Below are positions 30,723-40,153 of a DNA stretch of 64,000 nucleotides, one piece after another. Position numbers and translations under genes: made by a program. Each line of letters opens with the position of its first letter. Position 1 is the stretch's first letter. Under the pieces are notes generated by a model. That model made no database searches. It saw nothing but the letters and a program-made list of their open reading frames with translations, and was not told where the DNA came from. This DNA comes from an uncultured delta proteobacterium. GTDB taxonomy: Bacteria; Desulfobacterota; Binatia; Binatales; Binataceae. The stretch spans positions 64,001-128,000 of the forward strand of contig CAWEEQ010000001.1 of NCBI GenBank assembly GCA_963808235.1. The letters run 5' to 3'.

Positions 30723-32401
30723 AGGACAACGCTGCGCCAGCCACGACAGCGGCTGGTCGCTTACCGGCAAATCGAGCGTCCGCGAAGCGAAGTGATTCGA
30801 CCGGCAACGGACGGAATCAGTCGTCAGCGCCGCCTCAAGTTAAGCCACGGCACAATCCATGGGCGATCGCGATGACGGTGACGCTGGCCACTTTTATGGA
30901 GGTGCTCGATACCAGCATCGCGAACGTTGCGCTGCCGCACATAGCCGGCGCGCTGTCGGCGAGCGTTGACGAAAGCACATGGGTGCTTACCTCTTATCTC
31001 GTCTCCAACGCGATCGTGCTGCCGATGAGCGCCTGGCTCTCAACGAGGATCGGCCGCAAGCGCTTCTATATGAGCTGCGTTGCGCTGTTCACGGTCAGTT
31101 CGTTCTTGTGCGGCATCGCGCCTACCCTCGGCATGCTGATCTTCTTTCGCGTGCTTCAGGGAGCTGGCGGAGGAGGTCTTCAGCCGAGCGAGCAGAGTAT
31201 CCTCGCCGACACCTTTTCACCCGCCCAGCGTGGAATGGCCTTCGCGATTTATGGGATGGCGGTGGTTGCGGCGCCGGCGATCGGCCCCACTCTCGGCGGA
31301 TGGATCACCGATAACTACGAATGGCGCTGGATCTTCTTCATCAACATCCCGGTCGGAATCATATCGCTGATTCTGACCCATCGGATGATTCAGGATCCGC
31401 CGCATCTGATTCGCGAGCATCAGCGCGCTCGCCGCCAGGGCATGCGCGTCGATTTCATAGGGCTAGCCTTGCTCGCGTTGGCGTTCGGGCCGCTCCAGGT
31501 GGTGCTGGACAAGGGCGAGGAGGACAACTGGTTTCAATCGCATTTCATCGTGGCGTTCGCCGCGATAGCAGCGACTGCGTTTGTGATCGGGATTATCTGG
31601 GAGCTCTATCAGGAGCATCCCATCGTCAATCTGCGCCTTTACAAGAATCGCAATTTTGCCGTCGCCAGCATGCTCATGTTCGCCTTCGGGTTCATGCTTT
31701 ACGGCACCACCGTACTGCTCCCGGAATTTGTGCAGCTGCTGATGGGTTACACGGCCGAATTGGCGGGAACGATCCTCTCGCCCGGTGCACTGCTGATCAT
31801 CGCGTTGATGCCGTTGGTGGGCGCCCTCATCTCGCGGGTCGATGCCCGCTGGATACTCGGGTTTGGGTTTCTGTTGCTGTCGCTATCGCTTTTCCACATG
31901 ACCGGGATCGATCTCCAGATCAGCTGGTGGAACGCGATGATGCTCCGTACGTATCAATCGATCGCGATCGCGTTTCTGTTCGTGCCCATTAATACCGTGA
32001 CCTATACGGGGGTGAAGCCCGAACAGAACAATCAGGTATCGGGTCTCATCAACCTGATGCGTAACATCGGCGCCAGCACGGGTATCTCGTTGACCGGCGC
32101 GATGATAACCGAGCGTGGACAGTTCCATCAGGCGCAACTTGCGCAGAGTGCGACCTCCTACAGCTCGCACATGCAGGCGGCAATTCAGAACCTGGCGGGC
32201 AGACTCGGTCCGGCCGGGCTGAGCACGCCCGATGCCACCCATCAGGCTTATGGCCGTATCTACGCGGCACTGGTGGGACAGGCGCAGACGCTGGCTTACA
32301 TCGATACTTTCTGGGTAATGGCAATCGGCACGTTGCTCCTGATTCCGCTGGTTTTTTGTCTTGCGCGTCCTGAACGGGGCAAAGCGGTCGCAGCTCACTA
32401 G
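30710..32401 (+). CDS. emrB: DHA2 family MFS efflux transporter (EmrB/QacA)
   Basis: FMEVLDTSIANVALP, WVLTSYL, GPTLGGWITDN, WIFFINIPVG. Confidence 0.93.
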   Translation: MAALKDNAAPATTAAGRLPANRASAKRSDSTGNGRNQSSAPPQVKPRHNPWAIAMTVTLATFMEVLDTSIANVALPHIAGALSASVDESTWVLTSYLVSNAIVLPMSAWLSTRIGRKRFYMSCVALFTVSSFLCGIAPTLGMLIFFRVLQGAGGGGLQPSEQSILADTFSPAQRGMAFAIYGMAVVAAPAIGPTLGGWITDNYEWRWIFFINIPVGIISLILTHRMIQDPPHLIREHQRARRQGMRVDFIGLALLALAFGPLQVVLDKGEEDNWFQSHFIVAFAAIAATAFVIGIIWELYQEHPIVNLRLYKNRNFAVASMLMFAFGFMLYGTTVLLPEFVQLLMGYTAELAGTILSPGALLIIALMPLVGALISRVDARWILGFGFLLLSLSLFHMTGIDLQISWWNAMMLRTYQSIAIAFLFVPINTVTYTGVKPEQNNQVSGLINLMRNIGASTGISLTGAMITERGQFHQAQLAQSATSYSSHMQAAIQNLAGRLGPAGLSTPDATHQAYGRIYAALVGQAQTLAYIDTFWVMAIGTLLLIPLVFCLARPERGKAVAAH

Positions 32402-32412
32402 AGGCTACAACC

Positions 32413-32559
32413 ATGAAATCGTGCAACATCAACCTGATCGCAGCCTTTGCGTGCTTGGTCTGCGCAGTCGCTTACACCGTGGCCGGCAAACCGCCGGGCG
32501 CGGTCGTAACCTTGGTCTTTCTTGGACTGGCAAACCTCGGGTTCGTTCTCGTGCGATGA
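32413..32559 (+). CDS. 48-aa two-helix membrane microprotein (not in ORF track)
   Basis: MKSCNINLIAAFACLVCAVAYTVAGKPPGAVVTLVFLGLANLGFVLVR; GAGG RBS overlapping the emrB stop; paralog at 33813. Confidence 0.6.
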   Translation: MKSCNINLIAAFACLVCAVAYTVAGKPPGAVVTLVFLGLANLGFVLVR

Positions 32560-32611
32560 GCATTCTCGACAGTGTTTATTTAATTTAACCGAGCGCGGTG
32601 AGGTTTCGGGC

Positions 32612-33700
32612 ATGATTCAAAAGAAATTCGTGTCGGTATTGTCGGTGCGGACGCCAAAGCGAGCTGGGCGAAGGTGGCGCACGTTCCGGCGATCAAAGGC
32701 CTTCCCGGCCTGAAACTCGCGGCTGTGGCAACGCGCAACGAGCACAGTGCCCGGGAAGCGGCTGAAGCGTTCGGCGCTGATCGCTGGTTTTCCGATCCCT
32801 TCGCGATGATCCGCGACGAACAGATCGATCTCATAACAATCGCGGTTAAGGTCCCCGCACACCGCGAGCTCGTTCTGGCCGCGCTGAACTCCGGCAAAAC
32901 GGTCTACTGCGAGGCACCGCTGGGACGTAACGTCCGTGAGAGTGAGGAGATGGCGAGCGCGGTAGGGTCACTTCATACAGCGATCGGATTGCAGGGACGC
33001 TTGAATCCAGGCGTGCGGCGTGCGGCCCAGTTGGTTTCTTCCGGAAAAATTGGACGTCCAATAAATGCGAGAATTGTCTCCTCCACCTCCGGCTTCGGGC
33101 CGGAGCTTCCGTCCGCATATGACTATTTCAACAAGGCATCTCTGGTGCCAACCTGTTAACCATCACTGCGGGGCATACACTCGACGTGGTGGAAGCGGTC
33201 CTTGGACCGATCGTCGAGGTTGATGCCAAGACCGAAATTCTGTGGCCCACTATCAAACTTACGGATACCGGCGTGGAGAGTGCGCGTGAAACCGCCGATC
33301 ATGCAGGTATATTGGGAAAGACGCAATCTGGTGCGGTATTTAGAGCCGACATCAGCGGCGGTGTAAGCGCCACGGATGCTCGCTTCAGGTTTGAGATCAG
33401 CGGATCGGCGGGCTGGCTCAGCTTGACCAGCGATCACCCTTACGGCTTCCAGGCTGGCGATCTAAAGGTGACGTCAGGCCTCGCATTCTTGGCACCCGAG
33501 GAGCCCGTGGTCTCCGGCGGGCTCATGGGTGCGGCGATCAACGTCGGAGAGGTCTACTCTCATCTTGTCCGCGATGTGCGTGCGGGCACCTACAGCACAC
33601 CCGGCTTTGAACACGCCGTTCATAACGCCCGCCTCATCGAGGCTGTAATGCATGCCTCTGAATGCGGCGTGCGGCAGAACGTTACACTGGAGTTAGTGAT
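32612..33700 (+). pseudogene. Gfo/Idh/MocA family oxidoreductase, frameshifted (~32620, ~33140); true stop unclear
   Basis: IRVGIVGADAKASWAKVAHVPAI, KTVYCEAP, GHTLD; pieces lie in different frames. Confidence 0.75.
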
Positions 33701-33812
33701 CGGCGGGGCAGGAGCGCGACTGCCTGAAAATTTCCTCGGTCGCAATCTGACCTTCGTAACATTCGCCTTTCAGCCTTCTGCTCTTGGGTTCGCTCAACTA
33801 GAGGTTACAGTC

Positions 33813-33974
33813 ATGAAATGCACCAGCATCAACTTGATCGCTGCTGGTGCCCGCCTGGCTTTCGGAATCGCCTACAAGGCAGCAAACAGACCGGTAACGG
33901 CGATTGCCATTGAATCCATCGACGAGGACGAATCACGATTGGCAATGCATTCGAGTTACACCGACCGACGTTAG
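33813..33974 (+). CDS. 53-aa paralog of the 32413 microprotein, probably degenerate
   Basis: MKCTSINLIAAGARLAFGIAYKAANRP; upstream CTAGAGG.TACA..CATGAAAT matches the first copy. Confidence 0.4.
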   Translation: MKCTSINLIAAGARLAFGIAYKAANRPVTAIAIESIDEDESRLAMHSSYTDRR

Positions 33975-34175
33975 CCAACTTTCTCGCCACGCGTCGTGCG
34001 CGAAGGACACGGTACTCCGGCTTCGATTGCCAACGCGGCGGCTTGAGTGGGCGGAGTCTGAGGATGGCGATGAAGTCCTGACCGAGGAATTCAGCCCGAC
34101 ATAGCCCGCGGCCGCTGCGAAAGTCAAAGGATCTCTTGCAGCGCGGGGTCCTCCGGGAGCACCTTTGGAGGCACG

Positions 34176-35348
34176 ATGAGCACGTCTCACCAATCCACAT
34201 TTGCGTCCGCGCGCAGAATTCAGTTCGCTTTCACCGATGAGCAGGAGCAATTTCGCACGGCGGTTCGGCGATTTCTAAACGACAAATCTCCTACTGCTGA
34301 GATTCGGCGCCTGATGGCGACTGCCGCGGGTTATGATCCTGAGGTGTGGCGCCAGTTGAGCGAGGATCTGGCACTGCCCGGCATCCACGTACCAGAGCAA
34401 TATGGCGGCGCAGGGTTTGGCATGGTGGAGCTTTGCATCGTTACGGAAGAGCTTGGCCGCGCACTGCTCTGCGCTCCTTATTTCTCTACGGCCGTGCTCG
34501 CTGCCAACGCGATTCTGTGCGCTGGTACCGATGAGCAGAAATCTGCATTGTTGCCCGAGATCGCAAAAGGCGCACGCTTGGCGACGCTAGCGGTCACCGA
34601 GCCCGACGGCAATTGGGATCCAGCCGGCATCAAGGTTGTCGCCACTCCCGATTCGGACGGCTACCGTCTCGACGGAGTCAAAAGTTTCGTCCTGGACGGC
34701 CACGTGGCGGAACTGTTGATCGTCGCCGCACGCGCCCCGAAGACTACCGGCCTTGAAGGATTGGCGCTGTTCACGCTCGATGCGAATGCCGCCGGCGTCG
34801 AACGACGCCTCCTCGAATCGATGGATCCTACTCGCAAGATCGCGCGCATCGATTTTCGAGGCGCTCGCGCGAAGCTGCTCGGCAATCTCGATGATGGTGC
34901 GGCTCCAATCCTCCGCACTCTCGATCGGGCGGCGATCGCGCTTGCTAACGAGATGGTGGGCGGCACCCAGACGATGCTGGACTCGGCGGTAAGTTATGCG
35001 AAGCTGCGGGTGCAATTCGGGCGGACCATAGGCTCGTTCCAGGCCATCAAGCACAAGCTCGCCGATATGCTGCTGGACCTGGAGCTTGCCAAGTCGGCGG
35101 CCTACTACGCAGCTCAAGCCGCGGCGGCGGACGATCCCGAGTGGCCCGCACTGGCCAGTCTCGCCAAAGCTGCCGCGTCAGAAACGTACCTGCATACCGC
35201 CGCCGAATGTATTCAGATTCATGGCGGCATCGGCTTCACTTGGGACAACGACACGCATCTCTGGTTCAAGCGAGCCAAAAGCTCGGAGGTGTTCCTCGGT
35301 CAACCGAGTTATCACCGGGAACTCCTGATGCAACGATGGGGAGTTTGA
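34176..35348 (+). CDS. acyl-CoA dehydrogenase (first subunit of a tandem pair)
   Basis: FTDEQEQFR, EELGRAL, RVQFGRTIGSFQAIKH, IQIHGGIGFTW. Confidence 0.93.
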   Translation: MSTSHQSTFASARRIQFAFTDEQEQFRTAVRRFLNDKSPTAEIRRLMATAAGYDPEVWRQLSEDLALPGIHVPEQYGGAGFGMVELCIVTEELGRALLCAPYFSTAVLAANAILCAGTDEQKSALLPEIAKGARLATLAVTEPDGNWDPAGIKVVATPDSDGYRLDGVKSFVLDGHVAELLIVAARAPKTTGLEGLALFTLDANAAGVERRLLESMDPTRKIARIDFRGARAKLLGNLDDGAAPILRTLDRAAIALANEMVGGTQTMLDSAVSYAKLRVQFGRTIGSFQAIKHKLADMLLDLELAKSAAYYAAQAAAADDPEWPALASLAKAAASETYLHTAAECIQIHGGIGFTWDNDTHLWFKRAKSSEVFLGQPSYHRELLMQRWGV

Positions 35349-35352
35349 AACG

Positions 35353-36597
35353 ATGAGCAAAGTCAGCGAAGCCGAGGTGCGTGCCGAAGTGCGCGAGTGG
35401 CTGGCGGCCAACTGGGATCCCGATATGTCGCTGCTCGAGTGGCGCAGCAAGCTTGCGGATTCCGGATGGGGAATGCCGCAATGGCCGAAGGAATGGTACG
35501 GCCGCGGACTTCCGCACGCGCTGGCGCGAGTGGTGGAGGAGGAGTTCGCCAACGTCGGCGCCGTCCGCGCCGCCAGCTCCGGAGTGCGATTGCTTGCCGC
35601 CGCAACCCTGCTGGAGCACGGATCTGATCAGCAAAAGAAGAATTTCCTTCGCCGTATTCTCACCGGGGAAGATACCTGGTGCCAGTTCTTCAGCGAGCCG
35701 GGCAGCGGTTCCGATCTCGCCGGCGCAACCACCCGCGCCGATTTGAAAGGGGATTTTTGGATCGTCAACGGACAGAAGGTTTGGACGACCAGTGCGCATC
35801 ATGCCGACCACGGTCTGTTGCTCGCCCGCACCGATTGGGACGCGCCCAAGCATGAAGGGCTCTCGTATTTCGTGATCAATCTGAAGCAACCCGGTGTCGA
35901 CGTACAGCCGCTCAAGCAGATGAACGGCCACGCGTCGTTTAACCAGGTGTTCTTCACCGACGCGAAAGTCCCGAAGGAGAATCTGGTCGGGCGTGTCGGC
36001 GACGGATGGAAGGTAGCGATGACGACGCTTGCCCACGAGCGTCGCGGCGCTGACGGGTTGCCGGCACCGTCAAAGCGCGGGACCCGGGTCGGAAAGATAC
36101 ACGCCGAAGAGCGCGCAGAAACCGAAAAGGCGAATCAGCCCTACAAATGGTATCCGCAGCGCGCCGGCCGCGTGGACCTCATCATCGATCGCGCGAAGGA
36201 GACGGGCGCGAACAAGGATCCATACGTCCGCCAGGAGATAGCCAGGCTGATGACCCTGGCCAAGTGCGCCGAGTGGACTGCGCGCCGCGCGCGCGCCGCT
36301 CAGCAACAGGGACGGCCGCAAGGTCCAGAAGGCTCGCTCGGAAAGCTCGCCGCCAGTCACGTCGCGCGAGCCTGCTCCCGAGTACATACGCTGATTACGG
36401 GCACAGAAGCGATGCTGACTGGACGCGAAAGCCCGCGGGAAGGAATCATCGCGGAAATTCTGGTCTCGGTGCCCGCCGTTTCCATCGCCGGGGGAACCGA
36501 CGAAATCCAGCGCAACATCATCGCCGAGCGTGTGCTCGAGCTACCGAAAGAACCCCGCTTCGACACCGGCCCATTCCGGAACGTGCGAAAGAACTAA
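35353..36597 (+). CDS. acyl-CoA dehydrogenase (second subunit of a tandem pair)
   Basis: WCQFFSEPGSGSDLA, NGQKVWT, SIAGGTDEIQRNIIAERVL. Confidence 0.93.
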   Translation: MSKVSEAEVRAEVREWLAANWDPDMSLLEWRSKLADSGWGMPQWPKEWYGRGLPHALARVVEEEFANVGAVRAASSGVRLLAAATLLEHGSDQQKKNFLRRILTGEDTWCQFFSEPGSGSDLAGATTRADLKGDFWIVNGQKVWTTSAHHADHGLLLARTDWDAPKHEGLSYFVINLKQPGVDVQPLKQMNGHASFNQVFFTDAKVPKENLVGRVGDGWKVAMTTLAHERRGADGLPAPSKRGTRVGKIHAEERAETEKANQPYKWYPQRAGRVDLIIDRAKETGANKDPYVRQEIARLMTLAKCAEWTARRARAAQQQGRPQGPEGSLGKLAASHVARACSRVHTLITGTEAMLTGRESPREGIIAEILVSVPAVSIAGGTDEIQRNIIAERVLELPKEPRFDTGPFRNVRKN

Positions 36598-36616
36598 GGG
36601 CTCGGGGTGCGGTCCC

Positions 36617-36634
36617 TGTCGCTACCGAAAACTC
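36617..36634 (+). mobile_element. orphan IS terminal inverted repeat
   Basis: TGTCGCTACCGAAAACTC matches 14/18 the IS end TGTGCGTACCAAAAACTC at 56449-56432. Confidence 0.5.
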
Positions 36635-36692
36635 AATCTGAACCCGAGTTTGAGTTGTCTAGCGTTCGCAATCCCGTCTAAGGAGACGAACG

Positions 36693-37508
36693 ATGTCTGA
36701 CAAAATCGCGGTGACCGACGTGAAATTGAAATACGCGACCATCCAGGAAGCGAAGACAATGTCGGGGCTGCGTCTCATCCTCGGCGCGAGCACAGTCCCG
36801 GGTCCGTGGCGGGAAGCATGCAAGGGAATGTTTTACGTGAAAGGAGTTCCCTACACTCCGGTCGCATCCGCGGGTCAGGATGGCTCCCAGCGCGAGCTGG
36901 TTGATTGGACCGCGCAAACGAGCGCGCCGGTCGCTATTTGGAATGATGAACGCCCGCGCTCGACCTGGATGGAGCAGCTCTATCTCGCCGAGCGCCTGCA
37001 ACCCGAACCGGCGATGATTCCGGCAGAGGCGGACGATCGCGTTTCGATGTTCGGCCTTATCAATGAAATTGCGGGGGAAAACGGCCTCGGATGGCAACGG
37101 CGGCACCTCCTGATCAAAGGCAACGTCAGCAATCCGGCCACCGATCGACGAACGAAGGATTTCTGGCACCGCTTCGGCGAAAAGTATTTGTTTAGCGAGG
37201 AAGCTGCGGCGGCTGCTCCCTTGCGGGTCGCGTCGATTCTGAAATTTCTCGCCGAGCGTCTCGATCGTCAGAAGGCTAAGGGCAGCAAATTTTTCATCGG
37301 CGACAAGCTCTCGGCCGTCGATATCTATTGGGCCACGTTCGCCGCGCTGTTGCGTCCGATGCCGCCCGAGTTGTGCCCGATGGCCACGTCGTTTCGCGAA
37401 ATGTACACCGAGAAGAATCCGCTGATCGCGGCGGCGACAGCGCCGTCGCTGATGGAGCATCGCGATTTCATCTATAGCGAATACCTGGAGTTACCGGTGA
37501 TTTTCTAG
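36693..37508 (+). CDS. glutathione S-transferase family protein
   Basis: PGPWREACK N-terminal motif, SAP cis-Pro, FFIGDKLSAVDIYWA C-terminal N-capping box. Confidence 0.8.
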   Translation: MSDKIAVTDVKLKYATIQEAKTMSGLRLILGASTVPGPWREACKGMFYVKGVPYTPVASAGQDGSQRELVDWTAQTSAPVAIWNDERPRSTWMEQLYLAERLQPEPAMIPAEADDRVSMFGLINEIAGENGLGWQRRHLLIKGNVSNPATDRRTKDFWHRFGEKYLFSEEAAAAAPLRVASILKFLAERLDRQKAKGSKFFIGDKLSAVDIYWATFAALLRPMPPELCPMATSFREMYTEKNPLIAAATAPSLMEHRDFIYSEYLELPVIF

Positions 37509-38521
37509 CGATATTCGTCGCCGCAGTCGCCGATAGCCTTCAACAGGTCGCGCGACTTAGCGAGTACCGCGTCGATGCTGGTGCGATCTTTCGCATCGAG
37601 CGCGAAGCTGAACACGCGCGCATTGTCGGCGATATGCTGCGCGACCCCGAGCCGCGTGCCCACGATTACTCCGGCAACAGCGGGACGATCCAGGATGTAC
37701 CGAATGCCCACGTCGGCAACACTCGCCGCATGCTCGTCTGCGATCGGTTTCAAAGCGCCGAGCAGTTCCTGGAACAGTGTCCATCCTCCCCACACATCGA
37801 TCATGTTGCTGTACTTTTGCAGCGACGCAGTGTTGAGCTCACCGCGATGTGGCGCCGGACGACCGTGATATTTTTCCGAAAGCAACCCGCCGAGCAGGGT
37901 GCCATAGGTGAGCAATGTGATGTTGTGATCGCGGCAGAACCCCGCCATTGCCGCTTCGGGACGGCGATCAACCAGCGAGTACTGCACCTGGTTGGAGACA
38001 ATGCGAATGCCAGCATCACTGATGATTCGTAGACGCTCGGTGTCGAAGTTGGTGAGCGCGAGATGACGTATCTTGCCCTCGAGTTCCAGGTCGGCGAGAT
38101 GCTTGAGCGCATCGAGGTAGCTGCGATCCGCGTAGTCCCACCAATGGAATTGCAGAAGGTCGAGGCACTCGACGCCCATGCGCGAGAGCGAGCGTCCGAT
38201 CGCATCGTCGACCATTCGTCGGGTAACGCGACCCGGCCGCGGTACCCATTTGGTGAACGCTTGAATCTCCGAAAGGCGCTGCGCACCGTGACGCGTAACA
38301 AATTCGCGCCGAAACTCGCCGACGAAATCCTCGGCGGGGCCATAATGGTCGGCAAGATCCCAGCTCGTAAATCCGGCATCGTGGTACGCAAACATCTCGG
38401 CGATCGCGCGCCGAGGATCGATGTGCCCATGCGCACCGGAGACCTGCCACATGCCATTGAGAACACGGCAGATGCTGAGATCGGAGGCGAATTGGAAGCG
38501 GCACGATATGGGTAATGCCAT
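37505..38521 (-). CDS. aldo/keto reductase
   Basis: GMWQ, DLADHYGPAE, LDLLQFHWW, SNQVQYSL. Confidence 0.9.
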   Translation of the reverse strand: MALPISCRFQFASDLSICRVLNGMWQVSGAHGHIDPRRAIAEMFAYHDAGFTSWDLADHYGPAEDFVGEFRREFVTRHGAQRLSEIQAFTKWVPRPGRVTRRMVDDAIGRSLSRMGVECLDLLQFHWWDYADRSYLDALKHLADLELEGKIRHLALTNFDTERLRIISDAGIRIVSNQVQYSLVDRRPEAAMAGFCRDHNITLLTYGTLLGGLLSEKYHGRPAPHRGELNTASLQKYSNMIDVWGGWTLFQELLGALKPIADEHAASVADVGIRYILDRPAVAGVIVGTRLGVAQHIADNARVFSFALDAKDRTSIDAVLAKSRDLLKAIGDCGDEYR

Positions 38522-38646
38522 GGCCGCGATTCTAGCTCTTGCAGCTGCAGTCGCGAAGTTGAGGGCTCGACCGATTCGCGTGATTCGGTGCTAAGCTTGC
38601 AGCGACTCAAAGACCGCACGCAAAACCATAGCGAGGAAATTTATCG

Positions 38647-39510
38647 ATGAAAATTGGCGCATTGGTTTTTCTCACCGAGCAATCCGGCAACCCGGGCGCA
38701 ATCGCGCGCGAAGCTGAAGACCTGGGCTTCGAATCGTTTTTTGTCGCCGAACACATGGTGGTTCCGAGCACCTACACCACCCACTACCCGCGTTCACGCG
38801 ACGGAAAAGTCCCGGAGTTCTACGCGCGCCTGATCGATCCTTTCGTTGCACTCGCGATCGCGGCGGACACGACCTCGCGGATCAAAATCGGCACTGCTAT
38901 TTGTCTGTTGCCGCAGCGCAATGTGATCGAAACTGCCAAAGTGACGGCATCGATCGATCTCTATTCGAAGGGCCGGCTGATTCTCGGCGTCGGCGCTGGA
39001 TGGTTTCGCGAGGAAGCAGAAGTCATGGGCGTCAACTTCGCACGGCGCTGGCAGCATCTGCGCGAATCCGTCGAAGCGTTGCGCAAGCTGTGGAGCGGCG
39101 ACGACGTCAGCTATGCGGGCGAGATCGTGAAGTTCCCGCCGGTAAAGCTCGGGCCCAAGCCGGTGCAAAAGCCGGGTCCACCGATATTGCTCGGCGCGCA
39201 CGATCCGAAGTACGCGCTCAAACGTGTCGCGCGCTACGCAGACGGATGGTGCCCGGGCGGCCTTAGCGCCGAGAAGGCGCGCGAGTGCATTCCGCAGATC
39301 AAAAGGATGGCAAAAGAGTTCGGCCGCGATCCTGACCAGCTCGAGTTCTCGGTGCTGCTGGGCGCGGAAGGACCGAGCGCCGATGTGATGAAGCAATACC
39401 AGGAGGCGGGCGTGACCCGGCTGGTCGTAGCCGCGTCCGCAGTATCGGAAGATGGCGTCAAAGTGGTGCGAGGACTGAGATCGGTCGTCGAGCGCGCGGC
39501 GAAGCTATAG
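38647..39510 (+). CDS. LLM class (probably F420-dependent) oxidoreductase
   Basis: AEDLGFESFFVAEH, DPFVALA, GRLILGVGAGW, PKPVQKPGPPI. Confidence 0.9.
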   Translation: MKIGALVFLTEQSGNPGAIAREAEDLGFESFFVAEHMVVPSTYTTHYPRSRDGKVPEFYARLIDPFVALAIAADTTSRIKIGTAICLLPQRNVIETAKVTASIDLYSKGRLILGVGAGWFREEAEVMGVNFARRWQHLRESVEALRKLWSGDDVSYAGEIVKFPPVKLGPKPVQKPGPPILLGAHDPKYALKRVARYADGWCPGGLSAEKARECIPQIKRMAKEFGRDPDQLEFSVLLGAEGPSADVMKQYQEAGVTRLVVAASAVSEDGVKVVRGLRSVVERAAKL

Positions 39511-39579
39511 CCTACTCCATCAACTACAAAATCGAATTGGGTCCAGATTTTGAATGAGTATCAGAGCCGGAGACTCTAG

Positions 39580-39687
39580 ATGAAACAGCTGATCGATCTG
39601 AAGGGAAGACGTGCGCTGGCTACCGGCGGTGGTCGCGGAATCGGCCGTTCAATCGCGCTTGCGCTGGGCGACTCCGGGGCCGATTAG
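39580..39687 (+). pseudogene. short-chain dehydrogenase/reductase N-terminal stub
   Basis: MKQLIDLKGRRALATGGGRGIGRSIALALGDSGAD then stop; TGxxxGIG motif and GGAG RBS; remainder absent. Confidence 0.75.
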
Positions 39688-40151
39688 CGGCCAGAGCTTT
39701 TCGGCGGACGATTCATCATGCGATGATCGACGTATGCAACCAACTCACCCTTCTGATTGGTGAGCGTCGAGCGCACCACCGCAAAGATCATCGTTCCTGT
39801 ACGACCGGTTTTTTCATAGGTCTCCTTCGGTTCGGATGAGACTCGAATTGAATCGCCGACCCGAATCGGGACAAGCAGTTCAAGGTCGATACCGGCCATG
39901 AGTCCTCCTCGAGCAAAAGCAGGGAGACTCTCGAAAACATCGTCCGCGTATTGAAACGCGGCCACGAAGGCGGGTGGAGCGATGATCCCGCGGTGAGGGC
40001 CCGCCGCTGCCACTGCAGGATCGAGATAGAGCGGATTAGTCTCGCCGACCGCGACGCAAAAGTTCGCGATTCGTTCCGCGGTTACAGCTAAGGGCTCGCG
40101 CACCTTCAAGGTGCTGCCCGTCATGTCCGACTTGCCTGTCGCATCCGCCAT
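39684..40151 (-). CDS. MaoC-like (hot-dog fold) dehydratase N-terminal domain protein
   Basis: IANFCVAVGETNPLYLD, IIAPPAF, EKTGRTGTMIFAV...TNQKGELVA. Confidence 0.85.
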   Translation of the reverse strand: MADATGKSDMTGSTLKVREPLAVTAERIANFCVAVGETNPLYLDPAVAAAGPHRGIIAPPAFVAAFQYADDVFESLPAFARGGLMAGIDLELLVPIRVGDSIRVSSEPKETYEKTGRTGTMIFAVVRSTLTNQKGELVAYVDHRMMNRPPKSSGR

Positions 40152-40153
40152 AG

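Noticed and set aside
33700-33974. Long C-terminal extension of the Gfo/Idh/MocA ORF
   Set aside because: Better explained as read-through into the microprotein paralog after loss of a stop codon.
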